Source of the DNA: an uncultured Phycisphaerales bacterium
GTDB lineage: Bacteria > Planctomycetota > Phycisphaerae > Sedimentisphaerales > Anaerobacaceae
NCBI GenBank assembly: GCA_963772725.1
Contig: CAVYYI010000003.1
Span: 320,001 to 384,000 of the forward strand
Length of the DNA stretch: 64,000 nucleotides
Reading direction: 5' to 3'
Made by a program: the position numbers and the translations under genes. Shown here piece by piece: positions 54,700-64,000 of the stretch. Under the pieces are notes generated by a model that was not told where the DNA came from, made no database searches, and saw only the letters and a list, made by a program, of their open reading frames with translations. Position 1 is the first letter of the stretch. Each line of letters starts with the position of its first letter.

Positions 54700-55268
54700 A
54701 GCCCATAAAGCGGCTGCAGACGGTATTTTCTTAGTTCGGCATTAAGTTTTTTCCCGGATAAAATTTTATCGAGTTCCACCCAAAATATTCTACTGTGATT
54801 TTTTACCCTCGTATGAACAAGTTCGTGCAAGATAACATAATCCCTCAACTCTTCAGGAATTCTCGTCAGTCCAATATTGAGGTTTATATTATTTTTCGCT
54901 GAACAGCTCCCCCAGCGGCTCTTCTGGTTCCTGATACAGACCCGGTTATAACTGAAATTGTACTTTTCCGCAAGTTCATCGAGCCTTCGGGCAAGCCCCA
55001 AGACCGATTCCTCGTCAAAAACAGGGGTTACAGGGCAAGTGCCGCTTTGCTGTTTTTCATATTTTAATATTCGATTAAGATGTTTTTTGACCCAGTCGAG
55101 TTTGGAAATAAAGAATTTTTGTGCGTTTTCAAATGTGTATTGATATGGAACCGTCACCTGAATCTCTTTAGACGAATAAATCCTGATACCCAGATGTCTT
55201 GCTCTTTTGCTGTGCTTAAAAACAACCTGCCCAATCTCAGGAATAGTTACAACGGTGGGGTTTTTCAA
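54696..55268 (-). CDS. YgjP/DUF45-like zinc metallopeptidase
   Basis: QKSRWGSCS, DYVILHELVH..KNHS..FW. Confidence 0.85.
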   Translation of the reverse strand: MKNPTVVTIPEIGQVVFKHSKRARHLGIRIYSSKEIQVTVPYQYTFENAQKFFISKLDWVKKHLNRILKYEKQQSGTCPVTPVFDEESVLGLARRLDELAEKYNFSYNRVCIRNQKSRWGSCSAKNNINLNIGLTRIPEELRDYVILHELVHTRVKNHSRIFWVELDKILSGKKLNAELRKYRLQPLYGL

Positions 55269-56886
55269 ATCAGTTCACCTTTCAGTTGGCAAGTCATATC
55301 CCGCCAGCCCTGCATATTTGTAATCGAGCCGCCCAGAAACACCACAGTCCCTTTTTTCTTCTGGCTGAATATGATTCGGCTATTCGATAAATCGCCGCGA
55401 ATTATGAAATATTCCCTGTAGCCGGGTGTATTTTTCAGAATGAAATTCACTATCGGCGTCGGGTCTTCGAGACTGTGAGGATGATGACCCACCCCTTTTT
55501 TGACAATTACTTCTATATCGCCGCCGAGTTTTTTATACCGTTCAGCAAGTATATTTGTGTTTTCCTCCATCGGGACGACATCATCCGCATCGCCGCAGAC
55601 GTGCAGCAGCGGAATCTTCGCCTTAGCCAGCGGTTCGAGATTATCGATGGGATTGTATTTATACTTAAGCATTCTTCCTCGGTCAGACCATACTCCTCAA
55701 GACACTTTTTCCAGAGGTCTGCGTTACCCTTGCTCTTTCCTTTGCCGCCGGGCCAGCTTTTAAAATCGCACACCGGGGCATCGGCATAAATGCACGATAC
55801 CTTTTCCGGATTTGCCGCCGCCCAGTTATAAATATATAAACCGCCGCGGCTCATACCTTCCAGCGCAACCTTTTTCGCGAAACCATAGTCTTCCGTAAGA
55901 TACTTATAAAACGCGTTCCAGTGCGCAACGGCTTTCGGGCTGCCAAGCATTTCCACCACGTCCATATACACCAGGTGAAATCCTCTCAACAAAAGCGCTA
56001 TGTCCGTCTGAGGCTGATGGCCGAAAAACCGCGCTCTCCATATCCATGGATTGCCCTGTGCCACAACTTTAGGTGTTACAACAATGCACTTTCTACCGTC
56101 ATACTCAAACTCATACTTGTCGAATCCGTTCCACTGGCTCTTTGTTCCGGGAAAAGTTTTAGTGTCCCGCTTTTCGCCCAGCTGACTCAAAACTTTAGGC
56201 GGCGCATTGGATTTATCCGATGGCGCATATTTACTGATTTGCCCGCTGATTACCTCCGCTATAATGTGGGCACCTTCGGTATTGGGATGTATCCTATCAG
56301 GAAAACACTCCGGCTTGCCCTTCAGCGGCTCATACAGGTCAATTACAGTCGCTTTTTTGTCTATCGCAACCTTAATGACAAAAGCAATGATTTCATTTTT
56401 GATTACAGTGTCATTTATGCCCCACTTTACTTCATACGCCGGCACCGGGTAACAAACGTAAATTTTCGGCTTGCTCGCAAGTCTTGCAAACTCATCAATC
56501 ATTGCCTCGTAATCTGCAGTAAACTCGGATTTATACTTCCAGTTGTCAGGCTTGGAATCATTAGTACCGAGTTTAATAACAACCACATTTGGCTCAAATG
56601 TCTTGGCATCCTTAAAGGCTTTAAGATTCCAATATGGGCTATTGCCCTTTTTTAACATCGTCGCGCCGCTGACGCCGAAATTACGTACGTCCCACTTCTC
56701 GCCGAGCATTCTGCCTAATTGCGTAGGATAGCTGTTCACGTCCCTATCCTTAATGCCCGCTCCATAGGTGATGCTGTCGCCGACGCAGGCCACACGAATC
56801 TTTGCCGCCGATTCCGCGCCAAACACGCAGATGGAAATTAGAACACAAAAAATTACCACTGTAAAAAAATAACTCCGCTTTTTCAC
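55265..56886 (-). CDS. Secreted SGNH/GDSL esterase fused to an alpha/beta hydrolase, ending in a truncated second SGNH start; frameshift near 55672
   Basis: GDSIT, GVSG, LGTND, D.IHP; GMSRGG, GDADDVV, GHHPH; terminal FLGGSIT. Confidence 0.82.
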
Positions 56887-56930
56887 AATCTCATCCTTTC
56901 CTGTAAAAAAAATGTGACTAAAAATAAAAC

Positions 56931-57206
56931 TTAAAATGTTATTTTGAAGTCTTTCAGTTTAGGGTCTAACGGTATATCTTCTGCTTTTACTTTTTCAATT
57001 CTGCCCGGATAACTTTCCTGAAGAGACTGGATGCAGTCATTTATATCCTCCGGAGGCCCCTGCGCTATCATTTCCACGGTGCCGTCATGAAGATTACGCA
57101 CCCAGCCATTGAGTCCATACTGGTTGGCTACATTTAATGCGGTAAAGCGAAAGCCAACACCCTGAACTTTACCAACAAAAATTAACTTTTTGGCGATTTG
57201 GTCCAT
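56931..57206 (-). CDS. acyP: Acylphosphatase
   Basis: [20 protein letters not shown]. Confidence 0.93.
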   Translation of the reverse strand: MDQIAKKLIFVGKVQGVGFRFTALNVANQYGLNGWVRNLHDGTVEMIAQGPPEDINDCIQSLQESYPGRIEKVKAEDIPLDPKLKDFKITF

Positions 57207-57350
57207 TTCGATTTCCAGCCTGAGCCGCTGTTATATTATCCCAAATCTTTTTTTTCTCAATATGTACATTACGAAATATTTGGGGTTCACCTTAACGGCA
57301 AAATATCATATAATGCTGCCTTTATTATAATATAATTTTAACAGACGAAT

Positions 57351-58634
57351 ATGAATAAAGACACTAAAAAACTGCTCGGCAGAGATGAGATTTCCGAGAT
57401 TAGCACTCTCGTAGCGGGCGATTTCTCGCTTCAGGAAGTGCTGGATAAACTGGCCAAAACCGCCGTAAGAATTACAGGCGTTAAAGCATGTTCTATCCGC
57501 CTCCTCGACGACAGCGCAGGCGACCTCAAGATGCGAAGCACCTACGGCTTGAGCGAAGAATATCGCAACAAGGGCGTTGTTTCAAAGGAAGACCCGGTCA
57601 TTACGGCCGCCTTCGCGGGTAAGGCTGTAATTATTGACGATATGGCCACCGATGAACGGGTCGGTTTCAAAGAAGCCACCGCAAAAGAAGGGCTTGTCAG
57701 CCAGCTTACCGTTGCGATGCAGTTCAGGGATAAAGCGATAGGCGTACTTCGACTTTACAGCCCCATTCCTAAGCATTTTTCCGAAGATGATATCGCGCTT
57801 GCCCGCGCGATTGCCTCGCAGTGCGCAGTGGCAATAACCAACGCGAGATTTTATGCCGAGGCAATTGAAGGCGCACGCATCGCCGAACAGGTGCGCCTTG
57901 CGGGTCTCATCCAGCGGAGAATGGTGCCGGAAAAAGCGCCAGATATACCCGGCCTTGATATATCCGCAATATATATACCCTGTTTCGATATCGGCGGCGA
58001 CCTATATGATTTTATCAAAATCAGCGACAGCCGTTTAATCATTGCCATTGCCGACGTAATTGGCAAAGGCATCCCCGCCGCTATTATGATGAGCATGTTC
58101 AGAGGAGCGATGCGTGCCTATACAGACAGCCAGAGCGGCCTGGATAATATTAAGAATATTATCGAAAGGCTCAACCGCCTGGCCTGCGGTGAATGCAGCA
58201 ACGGGGAATTTATAACGCTTTTCTATGCGATACTCGATGTTGAAAAAGGAACCATAACATATTGCAACTGCGGCCATGAGCCAACCCTGCTGATACGCAA
58301 AGGTAAAATTATCGAACTGGATAAGGGCGGGCTTGTTCTCGGCGTTGAGGCACAGCCGGAATACGAAATCGAAACAGTCAATCTGGCCAACGGTGACAGC
58401 CTCCTGTTTTATACCGACGGTCTTATTGACGCGACAAACTTTGAAGATGACCTCTGGGGTATAGACCGGATGCTTGAACCGGCGATTAAATTCAGCGGCA
58501 ACCCGCCAGGGCAAATGATTAAAAATATTCTCGCCTACCGAAGGCGTTTTGTAGGACTGGCAAGACAGATTGACGATACGAGTATTATCGTCGCGAGGAT
58601 TAATAAAACCGGCGCATCGAAATCGGGAAAGTAA
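57351..58634 (+). CDS. GAF-domain PP2C/SpoIIE (RsbU-like) phosphatase
   Basis: GAF domain; IGGDLYD, ADVIGKG, NCGH, YTDG, DD. Confidence 0.9.
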   Translation: MNKDTKKLLGRDEISEISTLVAGDFSLQEVLDKLAKTAVRITGVKACSIRLLDDSAGDLKMRSTYGLSEEYRNKGVVSKEDPVITAAFAGKAVIIDDMATDERVGFKEATAKEGLVSQLTVAMQFRDKAIGVLRLYSPIPKHFSEDDIALARAIASQCAVAITNARFYAEAIEGARIAEQVRLAGLIQRRMVPEKAPDIPGLDISAIYIPCFDIGGDLYDFIKISDSRLIIAIADVIGKGIPAAIMMSMFRGAMRAYTDSQSGLDNIKNIIERLNRLACGECSNGEFITLFYAILDVEKGTITYCNCGHEPTLLIRKGKIIELDKGGLVLGVEAQPEYEIETVNLANGDSLLFYTDGLIDATNFEDDLWGIDRMLEPAIKFSGNPPGQMIKNILAYRRRFVGLARQIDDTSIIVARINKTGASKSGK

Positions 58635-59306
58635 ATGGCAGGCTTGATTGTAACAATAGATGGTCCCGCGGGCAGCGGCAAAAGCACGGTTGCCATGCTG
58701 CTGGCTAAAAAACTAAACGCCGGCTTTCTCGATACCGGTGCGATGTACCGGACGCTCACCCTTGCCGCGATGCAGGCGGAGATTGACTTGGCCGATTCGA
58801 GCAAACTGCTCGAAGTGCTGAACAAAACAAAATTTTCATTCTATGCCAAACAGGACGGCATGGGCGTTTCGATTAACGGCACAGATGTTACCCAGCGAAT
58901 TCGTCAGCCCGATGTTACCTCCAACGCGAAATATATCGCCTCGGCACCCAAACTGCGGGAAAAGCTGGTAATGATGCAGAGAGATTTTGCTGCCGGCCAG
59001 AAAAAAATAGTTACCGAGGGAAGAGACCAGGGAACGGTCGCCTTCCCCAACGCCGATGTTAAATTTTATCTCACCGCCGACACCGCCGAGCGTGCCAGAA
59101 GAAGACTCGCCGAACTCTGCGCAAAAGGCTTGCCAGGCTCTTTGGACGAAGTGCAAAAAGCAATCGAGGCCAGGGACAAGTCCGACCAGAACCGCTCTGT
59201 TGGCCCGTTGAAACCTGCCGATGACGCGATTATTATTGATACAACGAATTTAACTGTCGAAGAAGTTGTCGAAAAACTTTTTGAGTACGTGAAAAATTAT
59301 GCCTGA
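58635..59306 (+). CDS. cmk: Cytidylate kinase
   Basis: IDGPAGSGKST, LDTGAMYR, EGRDQGT, RD..D..R. Confidence 0.95.
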   Translation: MAGLIVTIDGPAGSGKSTVAMLLAKKLNAGFLDTGAMYRTLTLAAMQAEIDLADSSKLLEVLNKTKFSFYAKQDGMGVSINGTDVTQRIRQPDVTSNAKYIASAPKLREKLVMMQRDFAAGQKKIVTEGRDQGTVAFPNADVKFYLTADTAERARRRLAELCAKGLPGSLDEVQKAIEARDKSDQNRSVGPLKPADDAIIIDTTNLTVEEVVEKLFEYVKNYA

Positions 59307-59952
59307 AAAAAAGCCTAAAATGCTCTGGTTCCGTTTCGCGAGATTTTGTTGTCGACACTTTTGCAGACTGTTTTTCAAGTTCGACGTCACCGGCAAAGAA
59401 AACATCCCTCGCGATGGCGCCTTCATAGTAATCAGCAATCACCAGAGTTTTCTCGACCCCCTTTTTTGCGGCGTTGAAATAAAAAGACTTATGTTTTTTA
59501 TGGCACGTGATACCCTGTTTAAAGGCTTCTTCGGCAAAATCCTCACCTCTGTCAATTCAATACCCGTCCGCCGAGGCGAAGCTGATTTGACCGCTATAAA
59601 AACCATAATACAAAAACTCCGCGATGGTTACGGCGTATGCCTTTTCCCCGAAGCCACCCGCTCCGAAGACGGCAAAATATCCGCTTTCAAACCAGGCTTC
59701 GGTCTTCTGTGCAGGCGAGGCAACGCCGCCATCGTCCCCGCAATGATTGACGGCGCCTTCGAATGCTGGCCAAGACACAAAAAACTCTTCACCATCGGCA
59801 GCCGCATCACCGTCCGCTACGGCAAACCCCTAACCGCCGAACAGTTAAAAAATATGTCAGATAAAGACCTCGCCGATAATCTCACTAACATCCTAAGAAA
59901 AATGCAAAACAACTGCCGCCTCGAACTAAAAAAAGAACCATATACATACTAA
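59299..59952 (+). CDS. plsC: 1-acyl-sn-glycerol-3-phosphate acyltransferase
   Basis: NHQSFLD, FPEATRS; follows cmk. Confidence 0.88.
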   Translation: MPEKKPKMLWFRFARFCCRHFCRLFFKFDVTGKENIPRDGAFIVISNHQSFLDPLFCGVEIKRLMFFMARDTLFKGFFGKILTSVNSIPVRRGEADLTAIKTIIQKLRDGYGVCLFPEATRSEDGKISAFKPGFGLLCRRGNAAIVPAMIDGAFECWPRHKKLFTIGSRITVRYGKPLTAEQLKNMSDKDLADNLTNILRKMQNNCRLELKKEPYTY

Positions 59953-60065
59953 GACAGAATCAAGTAAGCAATTGTGAATGGTATTTTAAGGAAATTCCTT
60001 ATTTAGCAAACGTGTTAAAATCTATAATCTGGGACTGATAAAAAACTAATATAAGGGGGCATTTA

Positions 60066-61096
60066 ATGAAGGCCGCGGTTATTCATAATCCGGGGGGGCT
60101 GGACGTTGTGAAAGTTGAGCAGGTCGCGGATGTTAGTGCTGCTGAAAACGAAGTTGTTGTGCAGGTTCGTTCCGCAGCACTGAATCATCTCGATATCTGG
60201 GTTCGCGGCGGTAGACTCAGCCCCAATGTTACAATGCCGCACACCTTAGGCTCCGACGGGGCGGGTGTTGTAATAGAAAAAGGTTCAGGAGTTGAGGGCA
60301 TTAATATCGGCGATGAGGTCATCATAAATCCCGGCCTGAGCTGCCGACACTGCGAACAATGCCAAAAAGGCGAACATAGCCAATGTGATTCTTTCGGCCT
60401 TATCGGTATGTCTCGTCCCGGCACTTTCGCTGAAAAAATCGCCGTACCATTTTACAACGTCTGGCCTAAACCCCATCATCTCGATTTCAACCATGCCGCC
60501 GCTCTTCCACTTGCCTATGTAACCGCCTGGCGAATGCTTTTTACTCGCGCCAAATTAATACCAGGCGAAACCGTACTCATTCACGGTATCGGCGGCGGTG
60601 TCGCGCTGGCGTGCCTCCAGCTCGCCAAACTCGCCAACGCAGAAGTCATCGTTACATCATCCTCACAGGAAAAACTAAACAAAGCCCAACTGATGGTGAA
60701 AACCACACCATAAATTACAGGGCAACCGAAGATATCGCCAAAACAGTACACGAAAGAACCAACGGCCGCGGCGCTGATGTCGTCATCGATACAGTCGGTG
60801 GCGGCGTCTGGGAAATCGACTTCGCCTCCGTCAGAAAAGGAGGACGCATCGTCCTATGCGGCGTAACCACAGGCGCAAAAGCCGAAACCGACCTTCAGCG
60901 CCTTTACTGGAAACAGGTAAACGTACTCGGCTCAGCGATGGGCTCAGACCAAGATTTTCGCCAGATGCTAAAAGCTTTTGCTTCCGCCAGACTAAATCCT
61001 GTCATCGACTCCATACATCCCCTTGAAGATATTCAAAAAGCGATGGCAAGAATGGAAAAAGCAGAGCAGTTTGGCAAGATTGTTGTGAAAATTTAA
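60066..61096 (+). CDS. Zinc-binding alcohol dehydrogenase/quinone oxidoreductase; frameshift near 60700
   Basis: LNHLD, GSDGAG, C..C..C...C, GIGGGVA; C-terminal ORF GADVVID..GG, FGKIVV. Confidence 0.88.
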
Positions 61097-61128
61097 TAAT
61101 CCTTTGAAAATTTTGAAAGGAGCAATTT

Positions 61129-61701
61129 ATGGTAATGACCGCATCAACAATGATTCCGCTGGGGACAACCGCGCCATATTTTAATCTGCCCGACACAAAC
61201 GGCAATTTAGTTTCCATCGACGACTTTAAAGACGCCAATGCCTTCCTGGTGGTTTTTATGTGCAATCACTGTCCCTTCGTGAAACATATCCTCAAGGACT
61301 TCATCGAACTCGTAAAAGAATATCAGAAAAAAGGCGTTGCGATTATCGGCATCAATTCCAACGACGTCGAAAGCTTCCCCGAAGACAGCCCCGCCTTGAT
61401 GAAAAAAGCAGCCGACGCCATGGGCTTTACCTTTCCTTATCTTTACGACGAATCACAGGAAGTTGCCCTGGCCTATCACGCCGCCTGCACACCGGATTTT
61501 TTCCTTTTCAATAAACAAAAATCCCTTGTCTATCGCGGCCAGATGGACGACAGCCGCCCAGGCAACATTATCCCGATAACAGGCGCCGATTTAAGGGCCG
61601 CCATCGACGCCGCTCTTGAGGGAAAACATATATCACCCCAGCAAAAACCCAGCATGGGCTGCAACATCAAATGGAAAGCCCACAACGCGCCAAAATATTA
61701 A
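61129..61701 (+). CDS. Thioredoxin-fold (AhpC/TSA-like) protein
   Basis: CNHCPFV, YLYDESQ, ACTPDFF, GCNIKW. Confidence 0.9.
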   Translation: MVMTASTMIPLGTTAPYFNLPDTNGNLVSIDDFKDANAFLVVFMCNHCPFVKHILKDFIELVKEYQKKGVAIIGINSNDVESFPEDSPALMKKAADAMGFTFPYLYDESQEVALAYHAACTPDFFLFNKQKSLVYRGQMDDSRPGNIIPITGADLRAAIDAALEGKHISPQQKPSMGCNIKWKAHNAPKY

Positions 61702-61847
61702 CACTACCTTTTAAAATAGCCTTTCAAAGCCCCGACCATGAGGGAGGGGGTCAAAAACGTATTCAGATTTTGAATATAGAATTTTTAGAAGCGCCTCAAA
61801 TAGCAAAACGTAAAACGAGATACGCTTCACAAGATACGAGATACGAA

Positions 61848-62476
61848 ATGTTCAAAGACAGAAAAGACGCCGGCCAAAAACTGGCCCTATCCCTGACCGC
61901 TTACAAAAATGATAATCCACTCATTCTCGCAATCCCAAGAGGCGGCGTAGAAGTCGCTTTTTACGTCGCACAGTTTCTAAACGCACCTCTGTCCATTATC
62001 GTAGTACGCAAACTCCCTTTCCCTCATAATCCTGAATCAGGCTTCGGAGCCATCGCCGAGGACGGCACCGTCTTCCTGATTGAAGAAATCTCCGAAACTC
62101 TCCCGCCCGACGTAATCAAAAAAATAATCAAACAGCAGAAAGAAGAAGTAACCCGCCGAATACAAATTCTCCGCGAAAATAAACCCCTCCCCGAAATCAA
62201 AGACCGCACAATCATACTCGTCGACGACGGCATAGCCATGGGCTCCACCATGCGCCGCCCTCATGCTCTGCCGAAACCAAAAAGCAAAAAAAATAATAGT
62301 CGCCTCCCCCGTTGCCGCCCCCGAAACCGCCTCCCAATTCGCCAAAATCGCCGACAAAGTCATCATCCTCGAAACACCCCCTTCTTCGCGCCGTCGCCGA
62401 AGTGTACCAAAACTGGTACGACGTCCCCGACCAGGAAGTAATCGAAATACTGCACAAATCTAACCCTAAAATCTGA
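61848..62476 (+). CDS. Phosphoribosyltransferase-family protein; frameshifts near 62258 and 62387
   Basis: MFKDRKDAG, AIPRGGV, VRKL, VDDGIAMGST, then VASPVA and FRAVAEVYQNW in other frames to TGA 62474-62476. Confidence 0.82.
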
Positions 62477-62517
62477 TTAGCAATCCAAACTTCTTTTGCG
62501 GCAATAGTATAACGTTT

Positions 62518-62572
62518 GTCACTCCTGCGAAAGCAGGAGTCCAGAAAATATCATATCCGCTAAAACTGGATT
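62518..62572. repeat. REP-like palindromic element
   Basis: GTCACTCCTGCGAAAGCAGGAGTCCAG hairpin with GAAA loop, plus a downstream CTGGATT partial partner. Confidence 0.6.
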
Positions 62573-62651
62573 TTATTGGCTTAATACCAGTCTTTGGCGT
62601 ATCATTTTATCATAATAAGAAACCTGAAACCAAAACAGCAGGGGAACTATA

Positions 62652-64000
62652 ATGTTACAAAACGATGAGACCCAAAAAAAGACTTGCCTTCTGGCCAGAT
62701 TATCAGTGTTTTTGTTTATCGCCAGTATTGTTGCGTTTATTATTGCAAACTTGTTAGACAAAGAAATAATGGCTTTCATTGCATTTGGCTTATTAGCCGC
62801 TTCACCAGTTTTAGGTGTTGTTGCATTGATAAAAATTTATCGCAGCGGCGGTATTTTAAAAGGCAAAAGTGCGACTTTGGCAGTAATTATAATATCAACA
62901 ATTTTTTTATATTTATTTGCTCCTCGAGCAGCGGTTACTATGAGTAGTAACCTTCGTCCTGGAACTGGAATGATTTGCGGGTCGAATCTCAGCGGCCTGG
63001 GTAAAGCTATCCTTGTGTATTCGAATGATTGGGACGATAAAATCCCCGATTCAAACTGGTGCGATCTACTTATTACAATGGCTGATGTTTCACCAAAACA
63101 ATTAATCTGTAAAGGTTCAGACGCCATACAAGGCGAATCCTCCTACGCTCTTAATAAAGAAGCAGTCGGCAAAAAAACATCGGAAATTCCTGCTGATTTA
63201 GTCTTGTTATTCGAAACCAATTACGGGCAAACCAAATCAGGCAGAGATTTCCCCATAAAACAAAGAGAATGTTTTTCTACCCTTACTAATTTTAAGATTC
63301 GAGGAAATAAAAAGGTTTATAAAGACCGCTGGAACCAGGTCGGAGGCCCCGAACTGCTTACAATTGATAATCATACCGAAGGATGCTTTGTGTTGCTTGC
63401 GGACGGAAGACCGTCTTTTATTAAAACAGCAAACTTGCAGGACTTGAGATGGAAAATCGAAGGAAAACCTGATTTCCCTCTGCCCGTACTTACCTCAGCC
63501 AAACAGCAAAAAGACAGTGAGCCTTTCAGAAAAACCGCTGTTTGGATTATTGGGATAGTTATAGCTGTTATTTGGTGCTTCATCCTTTATAAATACCGCT
63601 TCACAAAATTCTGGCTTTTCTCAATACTGCTCGGCATCGCCTCTGCGGGCGTCGGGTATTTCTTCGGCGCCTATTCAAATGAACTCTATAGACATATAGG
63701 AATCAATAAATTTTATGGCGCAGAAACAGGAGCCATATTAGGCTTCATCGTAGGAACCTGCTACGCTGTAATAATAGCCCAAACATCCGAAAAAATTAAA
63801 AACACAGGATATGCCGTCGCGACAGGTATGGCCACCGGCGCAATCTGCTCAACACTTTTGCACATAATACTAATGGTTATATACGGCAAACCAGTATTGC
63901 TGTATATCATTGCCGGCCTTCCCTATGGAATCATCGCCGGCGCAATTCTCGGCACACTCAGCGCAGGCATCGTCTACACGTATTACCAAAAGGAGCAAAA
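62652..64000 (+). CDS. Membrane protein with DUF4190-like N-terminus, H-X9-DG domain and extra C-terminal TM domain (3' truncated; not in the ORF track)
   Basis: ATG 62652 after GGGGA; MLQNDETQKKTCLLARLS..., CGSNLSGLGKA, WCDLL, SSYALN, LLFE, HTEGCFVLLADG; no stop seen before the window end. Confidence 0.8.
   Translation, partial: MLQNDETQKKTCLLARLSVFLFIASIVAFIIANLLDKEIMAFIAFGLLAASPVLGVVALIKIYRSGGILKGKSATLAVIIISTIFLYLFAPRAAVTMSSNLRPGTGMICGSNLSGLGKAILVYSNDWDDKIPDSNWCDLLITMADVSPKQLICKGSDAIQGESSYALNKEAVGKKTSEIPADLVLLFETNYGQTKSGRDFPIKQRECFSTLTNFKIRGNKKVYKDRWNQVGGPELLTIDNHTEGCFVLLADGRPSFIKTANLQDLRWKIEGKPDFPLPVLTSAKQQKDSEPFRKTAVWIIGIVIAVIWCFILYKYRFTKFWLFSILLGIASAGVGYFFGAYSNELYRHIGINKFYGAETGAILGFIVGTCYAVIIAQTSEKIKNTGYAVATGMATGAICSTLLHIILMVIYGKPVLLYIIAGLPYGIIAGAILGTLSAGIVYTYYQKEQ

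Noticed and set aside
55921..56655. Long antisense ORFs (also 30379-31050, 35874-36497, 58035-58514 and others)
   Set aside because: They are shadows of well-supported genes on the opposite strand and have no recognisable motifs.
61671..61847. N-terminal extension of the phosphoribosyltransferase ORF
   Set aside because: Family similarity starts at MFKDR (61848); the upstream part is intergenic with GAGATAC-type heptamer repeats.

Overview
This 64-kb bacterial window is probably from Planctomycetota (Phycisphaerae/Sedimentisphaerales-like). That is an inference from a PEP-CTERM protein, prepilin/H-X9-DG proteins and dockerin-like tails. It starts with the 3' end of a dnaA and a LamG/PEP-CTERM gene. 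A ~37-kb minus-strand surface-glycan locus follows (1.5-38 kb): GT-C-type transferases, gmd/fcl, wbpB-like, wecB, perosamine synthase-like, Wzx/Wzy, several glycosyltransferases, a CapK-like ligase, a heparinase II/III-like protein and a split-transketolase cassette. Next come a secreted-protein region (39.5-45 kb), a cysD-tauE-cysN-phosphodiesterase operon, a subtilase, tRNA-Asp(GTC) and housekeeping genes (mntP, acyP, RsbU-like phosphatase, cmk, plsC). The best candidate for an undescribed system is a ~599-aa secreted protein (40718-42517). It joins a signal peptide, a beta-rich domain, a C39-type cysteine peptidase, a double-glycine-type leader (FTEIANDQLGNIAGA) and an 83-aa, 9-Cys C-terminal peptide, so it looks like a protease carrying its own precursor. 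Other highlights: diverged relics of the gmd and wbpB 3' ends at a junction in the glycan locus, a promoter bracketed by a 13-bp inverted repeat, and a subtilase lacking the usual catalytic Asp. About 15 single frameshifts across 14 otherwise intact genes most likely reflect sequencing/assembly indels. All family assignments come from motif recognition by eye; no database searches were run.
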